IMG/VR virus record: IMGVR_UViG_3300024054_000362
Location: 157,423 to 221,422 of that record
Reading direction: 5' to 3' (one strand)
DNA: 64,000 bases
Every line of letters starts with the position of its first letter. Positions within the stretch are counted from its first letter, which is position 1. The notes under the pieces were generated by a model, which did not search any database, had not been told where the DNA came from, and saw only the letters and a program-made list of their open reading frames with translations. This document shows positions 36,777 to 45,795 of this stretch, in pieces. A program made the translations under genes and the position numbers.

Positions 36777-39154
36777 TGGCAGGCCTCACAGCTCTCGGGA
36801 TTCTCCAACGAACATGCGATCGCGGCCTCGTCAGGCATCACGGATGCCACGTTCGTCTTCGCGATCCTGGTTGCCGGGCGCGAGCGTAGGTAGTACGTCG
36901 TCTTCAGGCCGGCCTTCCAGGCGTAGAAGTACATCGACGAGAGCGCTCCGATGTTCGGGTTCTCGACGAACAGGTTCAGCGACTGGCTCTGATCGATGAA
37001 GGCGCCACGCTCGGCGGCCATATCGATCAGCGCACGCATCGGCAGCTCCCATGCGGTGCGGAACACCTTGCGGACGTCTTCGGGGACTTCCGCGAGCGTG
37101 TGAACCGAGCCCTCGGCGTTCTTGATCCGCGTCCGTGTGTGCTCCGTCCAGAGGCCGAGACGCTTGAGCGCGTCGACGAGGTAACGGTTGACCTGCAGGA
37201 AGTCACCGGACATCGTCTCGCGCTTGAAGAGGTTCGAGACCTGTGGCTCGATGCACTCGTAGCAGCCTGCGATCGACGCGATGGTCGCGGTCGGCGCGAT
37301 CGCGATCGTCAACGAGTTGCGAAGGCCCGTCTTCTTGATCCGCTCGCGTAACACGTTCCAGCGAACCGGATCGCGAGGGACGACGTTCCACGCGTCGAAC
37401 TGCAACTCGCCGTGTGCGGCGCGCGTATCATCGAACGTCTCGTGCTTGCCCTTCTCGACGGCGAGGTCGGCGGACGTCGTCAGCGCGTGGAAGTAGATCT
37501 CCTCCGAGATCCGTTTCGAGAGGTCTCGGGCTTCCGACGAGTCGAACGCCCAGCCGAGTTGGAAGAAGACGTCCTGCAGTCCCATGATCCCGAGGCCCAC
37601 GGGACGCCATCGCATGTTCGAGCGCTTGGTGCTCGGGATCGTGTAGAAGTTGACATCGATGACGAAGTCGAGCTGACGGATCGCGGTACGCACCGTACGC
37701 GCCAGCTTGGTGAAGTCGAACTTGCCGTCGATGACGTGGCGACCGAGGTTGATCGAGCCGAGGTTGCAGACCGCGGTCTCGTCTTGCGACGTGACTTCGA
37801 GGACCTCCGTGCAGAGATTGGACAGATGCACGACGCGATCGGGCGACCACGTCTGGTTGCACGCGCGGTTACACGCGTCCTTCCAGGTCATCCAACCGTT
37901 GCCGGTCTGCGCGAGCGTACGCATCATCTTGGCGTACAGGTCGCGTGCCTTGACGGTCTTCGCGGCGAGGCCGGCAGCTTCGGCCTTGATGTACTGCCTT
38001 TCGAATTCCGCACCCCAGACGTCACAGAGCGTCGGGACCATCTTCGGATCGAAGAGGCTCCACGGTTCGTCCGCTTCGACGCGGCGCATGAACAGATCCG
38101 GAACCCAGTTCGCGAGATGAAGGTTGTGGGTTCGGCTGCCCTCATCGCCCGTGTTGTTGCGCAGCTCCAGAAACTCCTCGATGTCGGCGTGCCACGTCTC
38201 CAGGTACACGCACGCTGCGCCCTTGCGCTTGCCGCCCTGGTTGACTGCTGCGACGCTTGCGTCGAGCGTCTTCAGCCACGGCACGATGCCGTTCGAGTGG
38301 CCGTTCGTGCTGGAGATCAGTGAGCCGCGTGACCGCACGCGGTGGTACGCCAGGCCGATGCCGCCGGAGAACTTCGACAACAACGCGACGTCGGAGTACC
38401 GCCCGTAGATGTTCTCCAGGTGATCTTTTGGCGAGTCGAGCAGGAAACAGCTCGACAGTTGCTCATGCGCTGTACCGGCGTTGAACAGCGTCGGCGAGCC
38501 CGGGAGATACTCCAGTGCGGAGAGGAGCGCGTACAGCTCCAACGCTTCGGAACATGTCGAGGTGAGCGCGCACGCGATGCGCAAGAAGAACTGCTGCGGC
38601 GTCTCGATCACCTGTCGCGACGTCGGATGACGAAGCAGGTAGCGATCGTAGAGTGTGCGCAGGCCGAAGTACTCGAAGTTGTCGTCGGCGAGCGGGTTGA
38701 CCGCATCGTTGAGCTTGCGCGTGTGGTGTCCGACGAACGTTGCCAACCGTTCGTTGATGAAGCCGAGCTGCACGCCTGCGTCGATCGACTGGCTGAAGGC
38801 GTGGATCTTTTGGCTTTGTACTTCCTTGGCAATGTAGTTCGCCAGAATGCGTGCCGCAAGACGGCTGTACTGCGGCTCTTCGGCGGTGAGACCGGCCGCG
38901 GTCTGGATCGACAAGAGATCCAGCTCTCGTGTAGTGGCGCCGTCGTAGAGGCCGCTGATGGTTCGTGTGGCGACCTGGAGCGCGTCGACGTCCTTGAGAC
39001 CTCCGCAGCACCGACTGATCGCACGCACGATCTTATTGATGTCGGCGATCTCCGATGAGCCGTCACGCTTGGTGACCCTCATCGTGGTGTGCGTCTTTAG
39101 ATCGGGGTTGGTGAGAGTTGTTGCCCGTTGGCTGTACGACCGCGTAACAGACAT
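36773..39154 (-). CDS. nrdA: ribonucleotide reductase class I alpha subunit with ATP cone
   Basis: VTKRDG, PTLFNAG, LSSCF, SNLCTE, VCNLGS, APTAT, TYYLR, C-terminal CEAC. Confidence 0.95.
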   Translation of the reverse strand: MSVTRSYSQRATTLTNPDLKTHTTMRVTKRDGSSEIADINKIVRAISRCCGGLKDVDALQVATRTISGLYDGATTRELDLLSIQTAAGLTAEEPQYSRLAARILANYIAKEVQSQKIHAFSQSIDAGVQLGFINERLATFVGHHTRKLNDAVNPLADDNFEYFGLRTLYDRYLLRHPTSRQVIETPQQFFLRIACALTSTCSEALELYALLSALEYLPGSPTLFNAGTAHEQLSSCFLLDSPKDHLENIYGRYSDVALLSKFSGGIGLAYHRVRSRGSLISSTNGHSNGIVPWLKTLDASVAAVNQGGKRKGAACVYLETWHADIEEFLELRNNTGDEGSRTHNLHLANWVPDLFMRRVEADEPWSLFDPKMVPTLCDVWGAEFERQYIKAEAAGLAAKTVKARDLYAKMMRTLAQTGNGWMTWKDACNRACNQTWSPDRVVHLSNLCTEVLEVTSQDETAVCNLGSINLGRHVIDGKFDFTKLARTVRTAIRQLDFVIDVNFYTIPSTKRSNMRWRPVGLGIMGLQDVFFQLGWAFDSSEARDLSKRISEEIYFHALTTSADLAVEKGKHETFDDTRAAHGELQFDAWNVVPRDPVRWNVLRERIKKTGLRNSLTIAIAPTATIASIAGCYECIEPQVSNLFKRETMSGDFLQVNRYLVDALKRLGLWTEHTRTRIKNAEGSVHTLAEVPEDVRKVFRTAWELPMRALIDMAAERGAFIDQSQSLNLFVENPNIGALSSMYFYAWKAGLKTTYYLRSRPATRIAKTNVASVMPDEAAIACSLENPESCEACQ

Positions 39155-39270
39155 GAATTCTCCCTGAGACGAAGAGGACTGCTAACAGCTCACTGTGGAC
39201 GGCTCTCTTGAACGAAATGGTCCGCGGCGTGGGTCCGATCCCACGTTACGCTGGTGATAGCCCGCGGGTC

Positions 39271-39286
39271 GATCGCGCGCACGATC
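39271..39286. promoter_or_regulatory. GATCGC-N4-RCGATC palindrome upstream of nrdA
   Basis: GATCGCGCGCACGATC in the intergenic gap. Confidence 0.55.
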
Positions 39287-39324
39287 ATCGGATGATCAAC
39301 GTTGAGCGATCAACGATCAGTCGG

Positions 39325-39900
39325 TTAACGACCCGCGCGGGCGCCGTTCCCGCTGGGCGGGGACTGCGGACGACGCGGTGCGTTCGACGTCGGCTTGGTG
39401 GGCTGCGCCGGGGGCGGCTGCGCCGGGGGCGGAGCTGCCGCTTGCGCCTGGCCGACATCGGCGCCGACCGGACGCTCACGCACCCACGACGTGAAGTCGC
39501 GCTCGACCTCGTTGCCCATCTTGTCGATGGTCTTGCCGGCGCGCTTCTCGACGTCCGCCGTGAAGCTCAGGCCGACGAGCTGGTCGGTGTCGAACCCACC
39601 GTTGTCGTCGATCACCGCGTTGGAAGCGGTCAGGAACGACAGCATACGACCGCGCGCGAAGTCGCTGTCGTTGACGAGGTACGAGTTGACCATCGTACGC
39701 CCCATCATCGGGTTGCCCTCGGGACCGACGACCTGACCGGTGACCTTGAGGGTGTTGTTGCCCGCGTTCGACGTTCCGGTCGCAACCTTCGTGATCTCGA
39801 AGTCGTACGTGCCGGGATCGACGGACTGGAACCCGCCGTCGTTCGGACGGAGGTTCGGGTCCTTCAGGTTCATGCTGCTGATGATCTTGACGTGATCCAT
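39325..39900 (-). CDS. DUF669-like single-stranded DNA-binding protein
   Basis: FQSVDPGTYDFEI, SNAGN..L; Pro/Ala-rich tail; adjacent to the AAA and exonuclease genes. Confidence 0.7.
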   Translation of the reverse strand: MDHVKIISSMNLKDPNLRPNDGGFQSVDPGTYDFEITKVATGTSNAGNNTLKVTGQVVGPEGNPMMGRTMVNSYLVNDSDFARGRMLSFLTASNAVIDDNGGFDTDQLVGLSFTADVEKRAGKTIDKMGNEVERDFTSWVRERPVGADVGQAQAAAPPPAQPPPAQPTKPTSNAPRRPQSPPSGNGARAGR

Positions 39901-39933
39901 GTGACTCTCTCCCTGGTTTGCTTGGTTGTCTCG

Positions 39934-40902
39934 CTACCTGGACGACGGTCGTCCAGACTGTGCCGCTGTCTGAGGACGCACCGGCGCCTTGCCTCTGTTG
40001 TTGGGCGTTGGCGTCGGATCTGGTGTAGCAGTCGCCGGAGCGACTACTGAAGGCTCTGGGGTCGCTGCAGCGACTGGTTGTGCAGTCTCGCTTGGAAGCG
40101 ACACTGGAGTCTCCGGTGGAAGATCGAAAAGATCTTCGACGCGTTCGAGCGGATCGAGGATCCCGAGCGCTTCTGCGAGAGTGCGGTAGGTGCACTCGGG
40201 GATGAAGACGTCCTTGTTGTCGGCGCCCTCGGTGATGTAACCGAGCGGATCGGGAAGACGACCTTCGTCGCGACCGCCTGCTGCGTAGCTGCCGAACTTG
40301 CGCGTTCGGACTTCCCACTGTAACGGCCCGTTGCCGCTCTGAAAGTGACGGTGGTAGAGCAGGTAGTCGCAACCTGCCGAGAACTTCTGCGCGTTCTGTC
40401 CTGACAGCATCGGACCGCCGACGGGCTGTTCTTCGCCAGGATCCTTGGCGAGGCAGAGCCAGACGACGTTGCATCCGAGAAGGTGAATCTCTTCGCGCAA
40501 CGTCTTCAGGTGCGCGGCGAGCTTCTGGTAGAGACGGCGCGGGTCGCGTTCGCCGCCAGCAGACTCGAAGAAGTTGAAGACGAGATCCGAGTAGAACGTC
40601 AGCGAGTCGATGACGATCGTGCGCACTTCACCGCGTTTGATCAGCGGCTCGGCGTCCTTCACCGCCTTGGTCATGTCGATCATCTTCTCGATCGCCCAGA
40701 CCTTCGGATCGCGCCCTTCTTCGAAGAGGATGCTCTTGTCCATGTTCTGCAGCGTCGTCCAGCCGGACTCGGTGGCGTCCGAGAGGAACAGCGGTCTCGG
40801 CCAGCTGCCGGCGAAGCGTGTCTTGCCGCTTCGCGACGCGCCGTAGGAGAGCGCGGTGATGCGCTGATGCTTTCCCGGTTTCGATACGTCGATTACACGC
40901 AT
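39934..40902 (-). CDS. AAA_24/Sak4-like ATPase
   Basis: YGASRSGKT, TIVIDSLT. Confidence 0.8.
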   Translation of the reverse strand: MRVIDVSKPGKHQRITALSYGASRSGKTRFAGSWPRPLFLSDATESGWTTLQNMDKSILFEEGRDPKVWAIEKMIDMTKAVKDAEPLIKRGEVRTIVIDSLTFYSDLVFNFFESAGGERDPRRLYQKLAAHLKTLREEIHLLGCNVVWLCLAKDPGEEQPVGGPMLSGQNAQKFSAGCDYLLYHRHFQSGNGPLQWEVRTRKFGSYAAGGRDEGRLPDPLGYITEGADNKDVFIPECTYRTLAEALGILDPLERVEDLFDLPPETPVSLPSETAQPVAAATPEPSVVAPATATPDPTPTPNNRGKAPVRPQTAAQSGRPSSR

Positions 40903-40968
40903 GGCTCTCCCTTAGCTCTCTGTGGTTGCGTTGTCAGACGAAGGTTGCAGGTGTCGGTCTGCACACCG

Positions 40969-43245
40969 TTACTCGTTGGTTGAGGTCTCCGCCGAAGAAA
41001 CGCCGTTTGCCGTATCGCTCGACGGCGTCGTGAGATCAAGTCCCATCTGCGACTCAGTCGCTTCCGCGATCGGTGCATCGGCAGCCTTCGCCGCCTTGGC
41101 TGCGCGCACCGCCTTCTCAAGTCTGCGAAGCGGCGTGAGCTTTTCGTTCGTCGAGCAGTGTTGAAACAACGAACACATGCCGTAACGATGGACGCAGTTG
41201 TTGCGAGCCTTCGGCCAGGTGTTCGTTGCGCGACACATCTCTTGGTACGCCGCCCACACGCGTAGATCGTCGTCGTGGCCGCTGACGTGCCACGCTTGGG
41301 CCGGCACGATGATGCGTTGAAACTGGGGGATCTTCTGTTTGCCGACGATATTGACGATGGTGCCGCGCAGCTTGCCGTACTTCTTGTCGAGCTTGGCCTG
41401 TTTCCAGACCATGATCTGTCCCAAGATTTCGCCGTCGTTGTGCCAGCCTTCGAGAAGGTCTGCGGTGAATCGGGAGGCCGTGTTGTGGGTGATGATTCCG
41501 TTCGCGACGAAGTTGTGAACGCGCGGAACGGTGATGTCATACATCATCGCGCGACCGCTGACGACGACGTGGCTAACACGATCCCAGGTCAATTCGGCGT
41601 AGATGACGTTGTCGAATTCCTTGGATGGGCGATCGACGGCGTACTTCTTCAGCGTCTCGCGTTCGACGGCGCGATTCTTGAGCTGCTGTCGAAGGGCGCC
41701 AGGTTGATTCTCGACGGGTACGTGCAGTTTGACGTATGTCGACGGAACGTAGGCGTCGTCGCCCTGCTTGAGGCAACGAAGGACAGGGCGTACGTCGTAC
41801 TTTACGAACCACACGTGCTTGTCATCGATGGCGCACAGGAAACGACGTTTGCCTTCGCGCGTGATGACTTTGGTGGTCCACACGTCGCGACGTTCGCCGT
41901 CGTACTCGACGGAAGACTCGGTGACCGAAGACGGAATGCCGCGTCGATGAAGAAGTGCTTGTACGCCCATGCACAGCTTCTCGCTACGTGAGACGTACGC
42001 GATTCGAACCTTGTCTTGTGACGGCTTGCCGTCGTTACGGTCCTCGCGGAAGAGGTCGACACATCCGTCGGTGTTCCACAGCGCGCCGAGAAGAATGTCG
42101 ACTTGACGATCAGGACAACCGAACAGCTGGTCGGGGATGAACTTGGTGGCTGCCAAGCATTCAGAAAGGCCAAGTTCGTCGAGGAGTACCTGTGCCGGGT
42201 TGTCGGTCGCACGGGAGACAGATACCGTCGGAGCGCGTTCTTCGCTTCGAAAGAGCGTCGGCTTGGCGCCGATCGTGGCAGCGACGTCCTGGAAACGTTC
42301 AAGGATCGCCTCGTTGGTGTTTGTGAACTTGCCGTTCGTCATGCAGCCGTCGCCGAGCATGAGACCGACGAATTCAACTTGCGCGTCGGTGAACGGACTC
42401 GGGCCGTCGTAACCGCCGGTTGACGGCGCGATCGCAACCCAGTCTTCGTGCGTTAGCGCTGCAGCAGGAACCCAACCGCGTGCGGTCAGAAACGGGTGAT
42501 TGTCAGAAGTGCGCAGCCGGCGACCGGATTCCAAAACGACTTCATAGACGTCTCGGACCGACGTTGGCTCGGGAACACCTGCGCGAGTCTTGACCATCCG
42601 TCGCGTGTTCTCGTCGTAGGCCAGGACGATCGGCTCTTGCTTGCGTGCTGCTAGCTCTGCAATGGACAGCAGCTCGCCGGTGCCGTAATCGAACAGCTTC
42701 TCGTCAGCGTGGAGGCACTTGTGTTCGATGATCCACGTGCCTTCACGGATGCCCGGCTGATCTTCGACGACGCGCGCGATCAAGTCGTACCGGCACGTAT
42801 TGCCGCGATCACCCATTGCCCAGTCCTCGATCGCGATCGGGTCGAGGTAGTCGTTCGGGTAGTGATCGCGGTACGACTCGTAACACTTCCACCCGGCGAG
42901 GACGGCTTCCATGCGTGCGCCGCCTTCGATGAGCAGCTCACGACACATGTCAGGCGTGAGCTTGAGGTTCTCGTCCATCATCCACAAGTAGTGGAGCGCC
43001 ATGAACGTGTGAAACGCTGAGCCGGTCTCCAGCGCCATCGCTGCTGGACCGCGCTCGCCGTCGATGTAGTTGACCTTGTAGAGATACGGACAGCGTTGGA
43101 ACGTTGCGTACGACGACCAGCCGCGCCCGGATGCTCCGCCGAGGCGTTCCATCCCGAACTTCTTGAAAATCTCTTCGAGGACGTCGTCGAGACGACGAAT
43201 GTCGTCGCGCGGCATGAGGCTGATGACGGTACCGTCGACGTTCAT
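40969..43245 (-). CDS. PD-(D/E)XK (Cas4/RecB-like) exonuclease with intein
   Basis: SSYATFQRCP, GSAFH, RYDLI, EHK|intein|T, C-terminal C..YGMC..F..C. Confidence 0.85.
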   Translation of the reverse strand: MNVDGTVISLMPRDDIRRLDDVLEEIFKKFGMERLGGASGRGWSSYATFQRCPYLYKVNYIDGERGPAAMALETGSAFHTFMALHYLWMMDENLKLTPDMCRELLIEGGARMEAVLAGWKCYESYRDHYPNDYLDPIAIEDWAMGDRGNTCRYDLIARVVEDQPGIREGTWIIEHKCLHADEKLFDYGTGELLSIAELAARKQEPIVLAYDENTRRMVKTRAGVPEPTSVRDVYEVVLESGRRLRTSDNHPFLTARGWVPAAALTHEDWVAIAPSTGGYDGPSPFTDAQVEFVGLMLGDGCMTNGKFTNTNEAILERFQDVAATIGAKPTLFRSEERAPTVSVSRATDNPAQVLLDELGLSECLAATKFIPDQLFGCPDRQVDILLGALWNTDGCVDLFREDRNDGKPSQDKVRIAYVSRSEKLCMGVQALLHRRGIPSSVTESSVEYDGERRDVWTTKVITREGKRRFLCAIDDKHVWFVKYDVRPVLRCLKQGDDAYVPSTYVKLHVPVENQPGALRQQLKNRAVERETLKKYAVDRPSKEFDNVIYAELTWDRVSHVVVSGRAMMYDITVPRVHNFVANGIITHNTASRFTADLLEGWHNDGEILGQIMVWKQAKLDKKYGKLRGTIVNIVGKQKIPQFQRIIVPAQAWHVSGHDDDLRVWAAYQEMCRATNTWPKARNNCVHRYGMCSLFQHCSTNEKLTPLRRLEKAVRAAKAAKAADAPIAEATESQMGLDLTTPSSDTANGVSSAETSTNE
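41482..42717 (-). mobile_element. LAGLIDADG intein (412 aa) in the exonuclease
   Basis: EHK|CLHADE...HNFVANGIITHN|T; SDNHPFLT, LMLGDG, LWNTDG. Confidence 0.92.
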
Positions 43246-43457
43246 TTCGAAATCCTTGCTCGGGGGTACTTCGGCTCACCGTCGACCGCAACGACTTCGC
43301 TCGGAGCAATCCAACCACAACCATCGCACTCGAACTCTTCGTGCATGCGAAGCACGCCGTCGCCGTCGAGGTCTTTCTCGCGAAGGATCGTCTCGACGTC
43401 GTTGCCGCAAGCGCGATGGATTTCTTTCATTCGCCCTTCTCCCAGTCGTAGTCCCAA
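43242..43457 (-). CDS. small Zn-ribbon protein
   Basis: HRACG...CDGCG. Confidence 0.45.
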   Translation of the reverse strand: MGLRLGEGRMKEIHRACGNDVETILREKDLDGDGVLRMHEEFECDGCGWIAPSEVVAVDGEPKYPRARISK

Positions 43458-45223
43458 AGGGACCCGTGGTAGTCGCTGTCGCCGTCGTCGAGATCGGGAT
43501 GGTCCATCATCAACGCCTTCGCGAGCGCGTCGAAGTCGTCGGGACCGTCAGTGATACGCGCGAAGGCCGCAGCGAGGACACCGATCGTCGACTCGGCCGC
43601 GGGCACACCCATGCGATACGCGACATCGCACTTGTCCTGCAGCGCTGCAAGGATCTTGCGGTCGATTTCGTGATCGATGATCACGTACGTGGCCGCCATC
43701 GGGCGTAGCGGTGAGAACGTACGCATCTCAGCCTGTGCCACCACCGACGGCGTGAAGTCCAACTCGGCGAACACACAGTGGCGGGCCGCGCTGAGATCGA
43801 TGCCGACTTGACCGACGGACAACGTGATACAGAGAGGCGCAGGCTTCTCGTAGGTACGCCAACGATCGAAGATGTCCTCACGGATCGACATTGGCGTCTC
43901 GCCGCCGCCGGAGACGACGACGCCCGGGAAGCCGGCTTCCGAGAGCCTGTGCTCGATCTGAAGGGCGACGTCGCGGTGCCAGCTCCAGATCACGACCTTC
44001 TCACCGCTTTGCAGGATTCGCTTGGCGACGTCGACGGCTACGGGGATCTTGTGCTTGGCGAGGAGCCGTCGGAACCGCGCCATCGCACCGATGGCAGTGG
44101 TTCGCTTGTTGTGGTCGCGAACGCGTTCAGCGTCCTTCTCGATTTCGAATTGCTGCGTTTCCGAAACGACCACTGCCTCGACCGCGCGTTCGATCGCCGG
44201 CAGCTCGCCCGAGACGTCCTGCCACGTGCGGCGGATCATGATCTCGGAGAGGCGTTCTCGAAACTCGTCCTCATTGGAGGCGCCGTCGTACTCGTAGCCG
44301 TGCGTTCCGGGATGCGCGTCGCAGTAGCGTACGGCGTAGTCGAAGAACTTGCCGAACGCAGCAGGCGCCACGCACGACAGCGTCGTGAAGAGCCCCGACG
44401 GTCTATTCCAAATCGGCGTTCCCGTTGCTGCGATCACGCGTTCGGCAAGGTTAGACACGAACGTCACTGCTTCGGCGCGGCGCGAGACGCGTTGGGAGAT
44501 GAGATGGATCTCATCGAGCACGAGCGTTCCGATACGGCGACCGTTCAGCTCCATCCAAGTTTCGAGAATGTCGTAGTTGCAGAAGATCAGCTTGGCGTCG
44601 GCGAGCTGCTTCGGATCGAACCGCTTGCCTTCGATCAGGTCGAAGCCGCGATCGCGTCTGGGTGCGACGGGCTTCTTGGGATTGGTCCGCTCGATCATTC
44701 GGCCGCTGAGGACGACGGGACGTACGTCAGGCCAGCGTCGACGCATCCAAGCAAGCCAAACTTCACGTGTCGCGAGCGGTGCGACGACGAGCATCGGTCC
44801 CAGTTCAGGATCGTGTGATGACGTCGCCGTCAGGGTCTTACCGACGCGCATCGCGTCGCCAAGGAGCGTACCGCGACGTGCACGGATGAAGTCGCGGCCG
44901 TCGTGTTGATAGGAGCGAAGGGTCCAGCCGTTCGGACTGGTGGTCGCGTCGAAGGCCGCTCGATCGCGGCAGCGATCACTTTCCGATCGCTGCCGCGATC
45001 GGAGGTCGGCCAAAAAAACAGCGGCCTCCGGGTGCGTCTTGGCGAGAAGCGGCAGATGGGAACGGTGCGCTAGCGGGCCGATGCGCGCGTCGTAGCCGAC
45101 GGACGGAGCGATCGCGATCTCCGGGGTCCATGCCGCCGGGATCGCGTACCAGTCCTGTCGTTTTGGGTGCGGTCGGATGACGACGGGGCTCGCCGTCGCC
45201 GCGACCGCGGCCGATGCTCTCAT
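43427..45223 (-). CDS. SNF2-family helicase
   Basis: LRSYQ, DAMRVGKT, LDEIH, ATGTPIWN, VGIDLSAA, QAEMR. Confidence 0.88.
   Translation of the reverse strand: MRASAAVAATASPVVIRPHPKRQDWYAIPAAWTPEIAIAPSVGYDARIGPLAHRSHLPLLAKTHPEAAVFLADLRSRQRSESDRCRDRAAFDATTSPNGWTLRSYQHDGRDFIRARRGTLLGDAMRVGKTLTATSSHDPELGPMLVVAPLATREVWLAWMRRRWPDVRPVVLSGRMIERTNPKKPVAPRRDRGFDLIEGKRFDPKQLADAKLIFCNYDILETWMELNGRRIGTLVLDEIHLISQRVSRRAEAVTFVSNLAERVIAATGTPIWNRPSGLFTTLSCVAPAAFGKFFDYAVRYCDAHPGTHGYEYDGASNEDEFRERLSEIMIRRTWQDVSGELPAIERAVEAVVVSETQQFEIEKDAERVRDHNKRTTAIGAMARFRRLLAKHKIPVAVDVAKRILQSGEKVVIWSWHRDVALQIEHRLSEAGFPGVVVSGGGETPMSIREDIFDRWRTYEKPAPLCITLSVGQVGIDLSAARHCVFAELDFTPSVVAQAEMRTFSPLRPMAATYVIIDHEIDRKILAALQDKCDVAYRMGVPAAESTIGVLAAAFARITDGPDDFDALAKALMMDHPDLDDGDSDYHGSLWDYDWEKGE
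44961..45001. repeat. 17-bp inverted repeat made of two palindrome motifs
   Basis: CGATCGCGGCAGCGATC-ACTTTCC-GATCGCTGCCGCGATCG. Confidence 0.7.
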
Positions 45224-45517
45224 TTTTCAGACCCCTAGCTCTGCGAACAAGCTCTGACCTTGGCACGCTATGTGTGGATGGCCGGTCTGTCAAGTCGGTT
45301 GCGCGTGAACGCACAGCGAATGTCGCATCGCCTACGTTGGCGGGATCTGCTTCCCTCGATCCACAGCTTGTGGATAGACTGTGAAGTTGGATCGCGATCG
45401 TCGCGATCTGACGAGATTCTCGACGAGAGATCTCGATGACGCTCGTACGAAAACTTGACGGGCACCGTCGCGGCATGTAGTGATGCGCGAACACGCTTGC
45501 GCGTGCGTGGTGGACAC
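45224..45517. promoter_or_regulatory. divergent non-coding region, candidate origin/control region
   Basis: Coding-strand switch; ATCCACA-GCT-TGTGGAT at 45359-45375; GATC-rich palindromes. Confidence 0.45.
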
Positions 45518-45730
45518 ATGAGACACGTGAGTCGCACGAAGAACATCGACAACCTCATGACCGCCGAGCAGGTCGCCGCGTTCTTGGGCGTGTCGGTTGC
45601 CACGGTGTGGCGCTTGACAAGTTCAAAGAAGCTCACGGGGACCCGCGTGCTCGGTCGAACCGTTTTTGATCGCGCCAAGGTTGAAGCGGTTCACAGACAG
45701 CGTCAACGAACGGCGACGGCGGCGGGTTGA
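45518..45730 (+). CDS. HTH_17/excisionase-like DNA-binding protein
   Basis: LMTAEQVAAFLGVSVATVWRL...GRTVF. Confidence 0.8.
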   Translation: MRHVSRTKNIDNLMTAEQVAAFLGVSVATVWRLTSSKKLTGTRVLGRTVFDRAKVEAVHRQRQRTATAAG

Positions 45731-45795
45731 GGATGCAACCAGGGGCGGTGTACATCATTCTTCTGGGCGAAGTCGTACGCCCATAGACGAGGCGC

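Noticed and set aside
40969-43245. Cas4 as part of the CRISPR system
   Set aside because: It sits with the Sak4-like ATPase and SSB in a typical phage recombination module, about 17 kb from the cas genes
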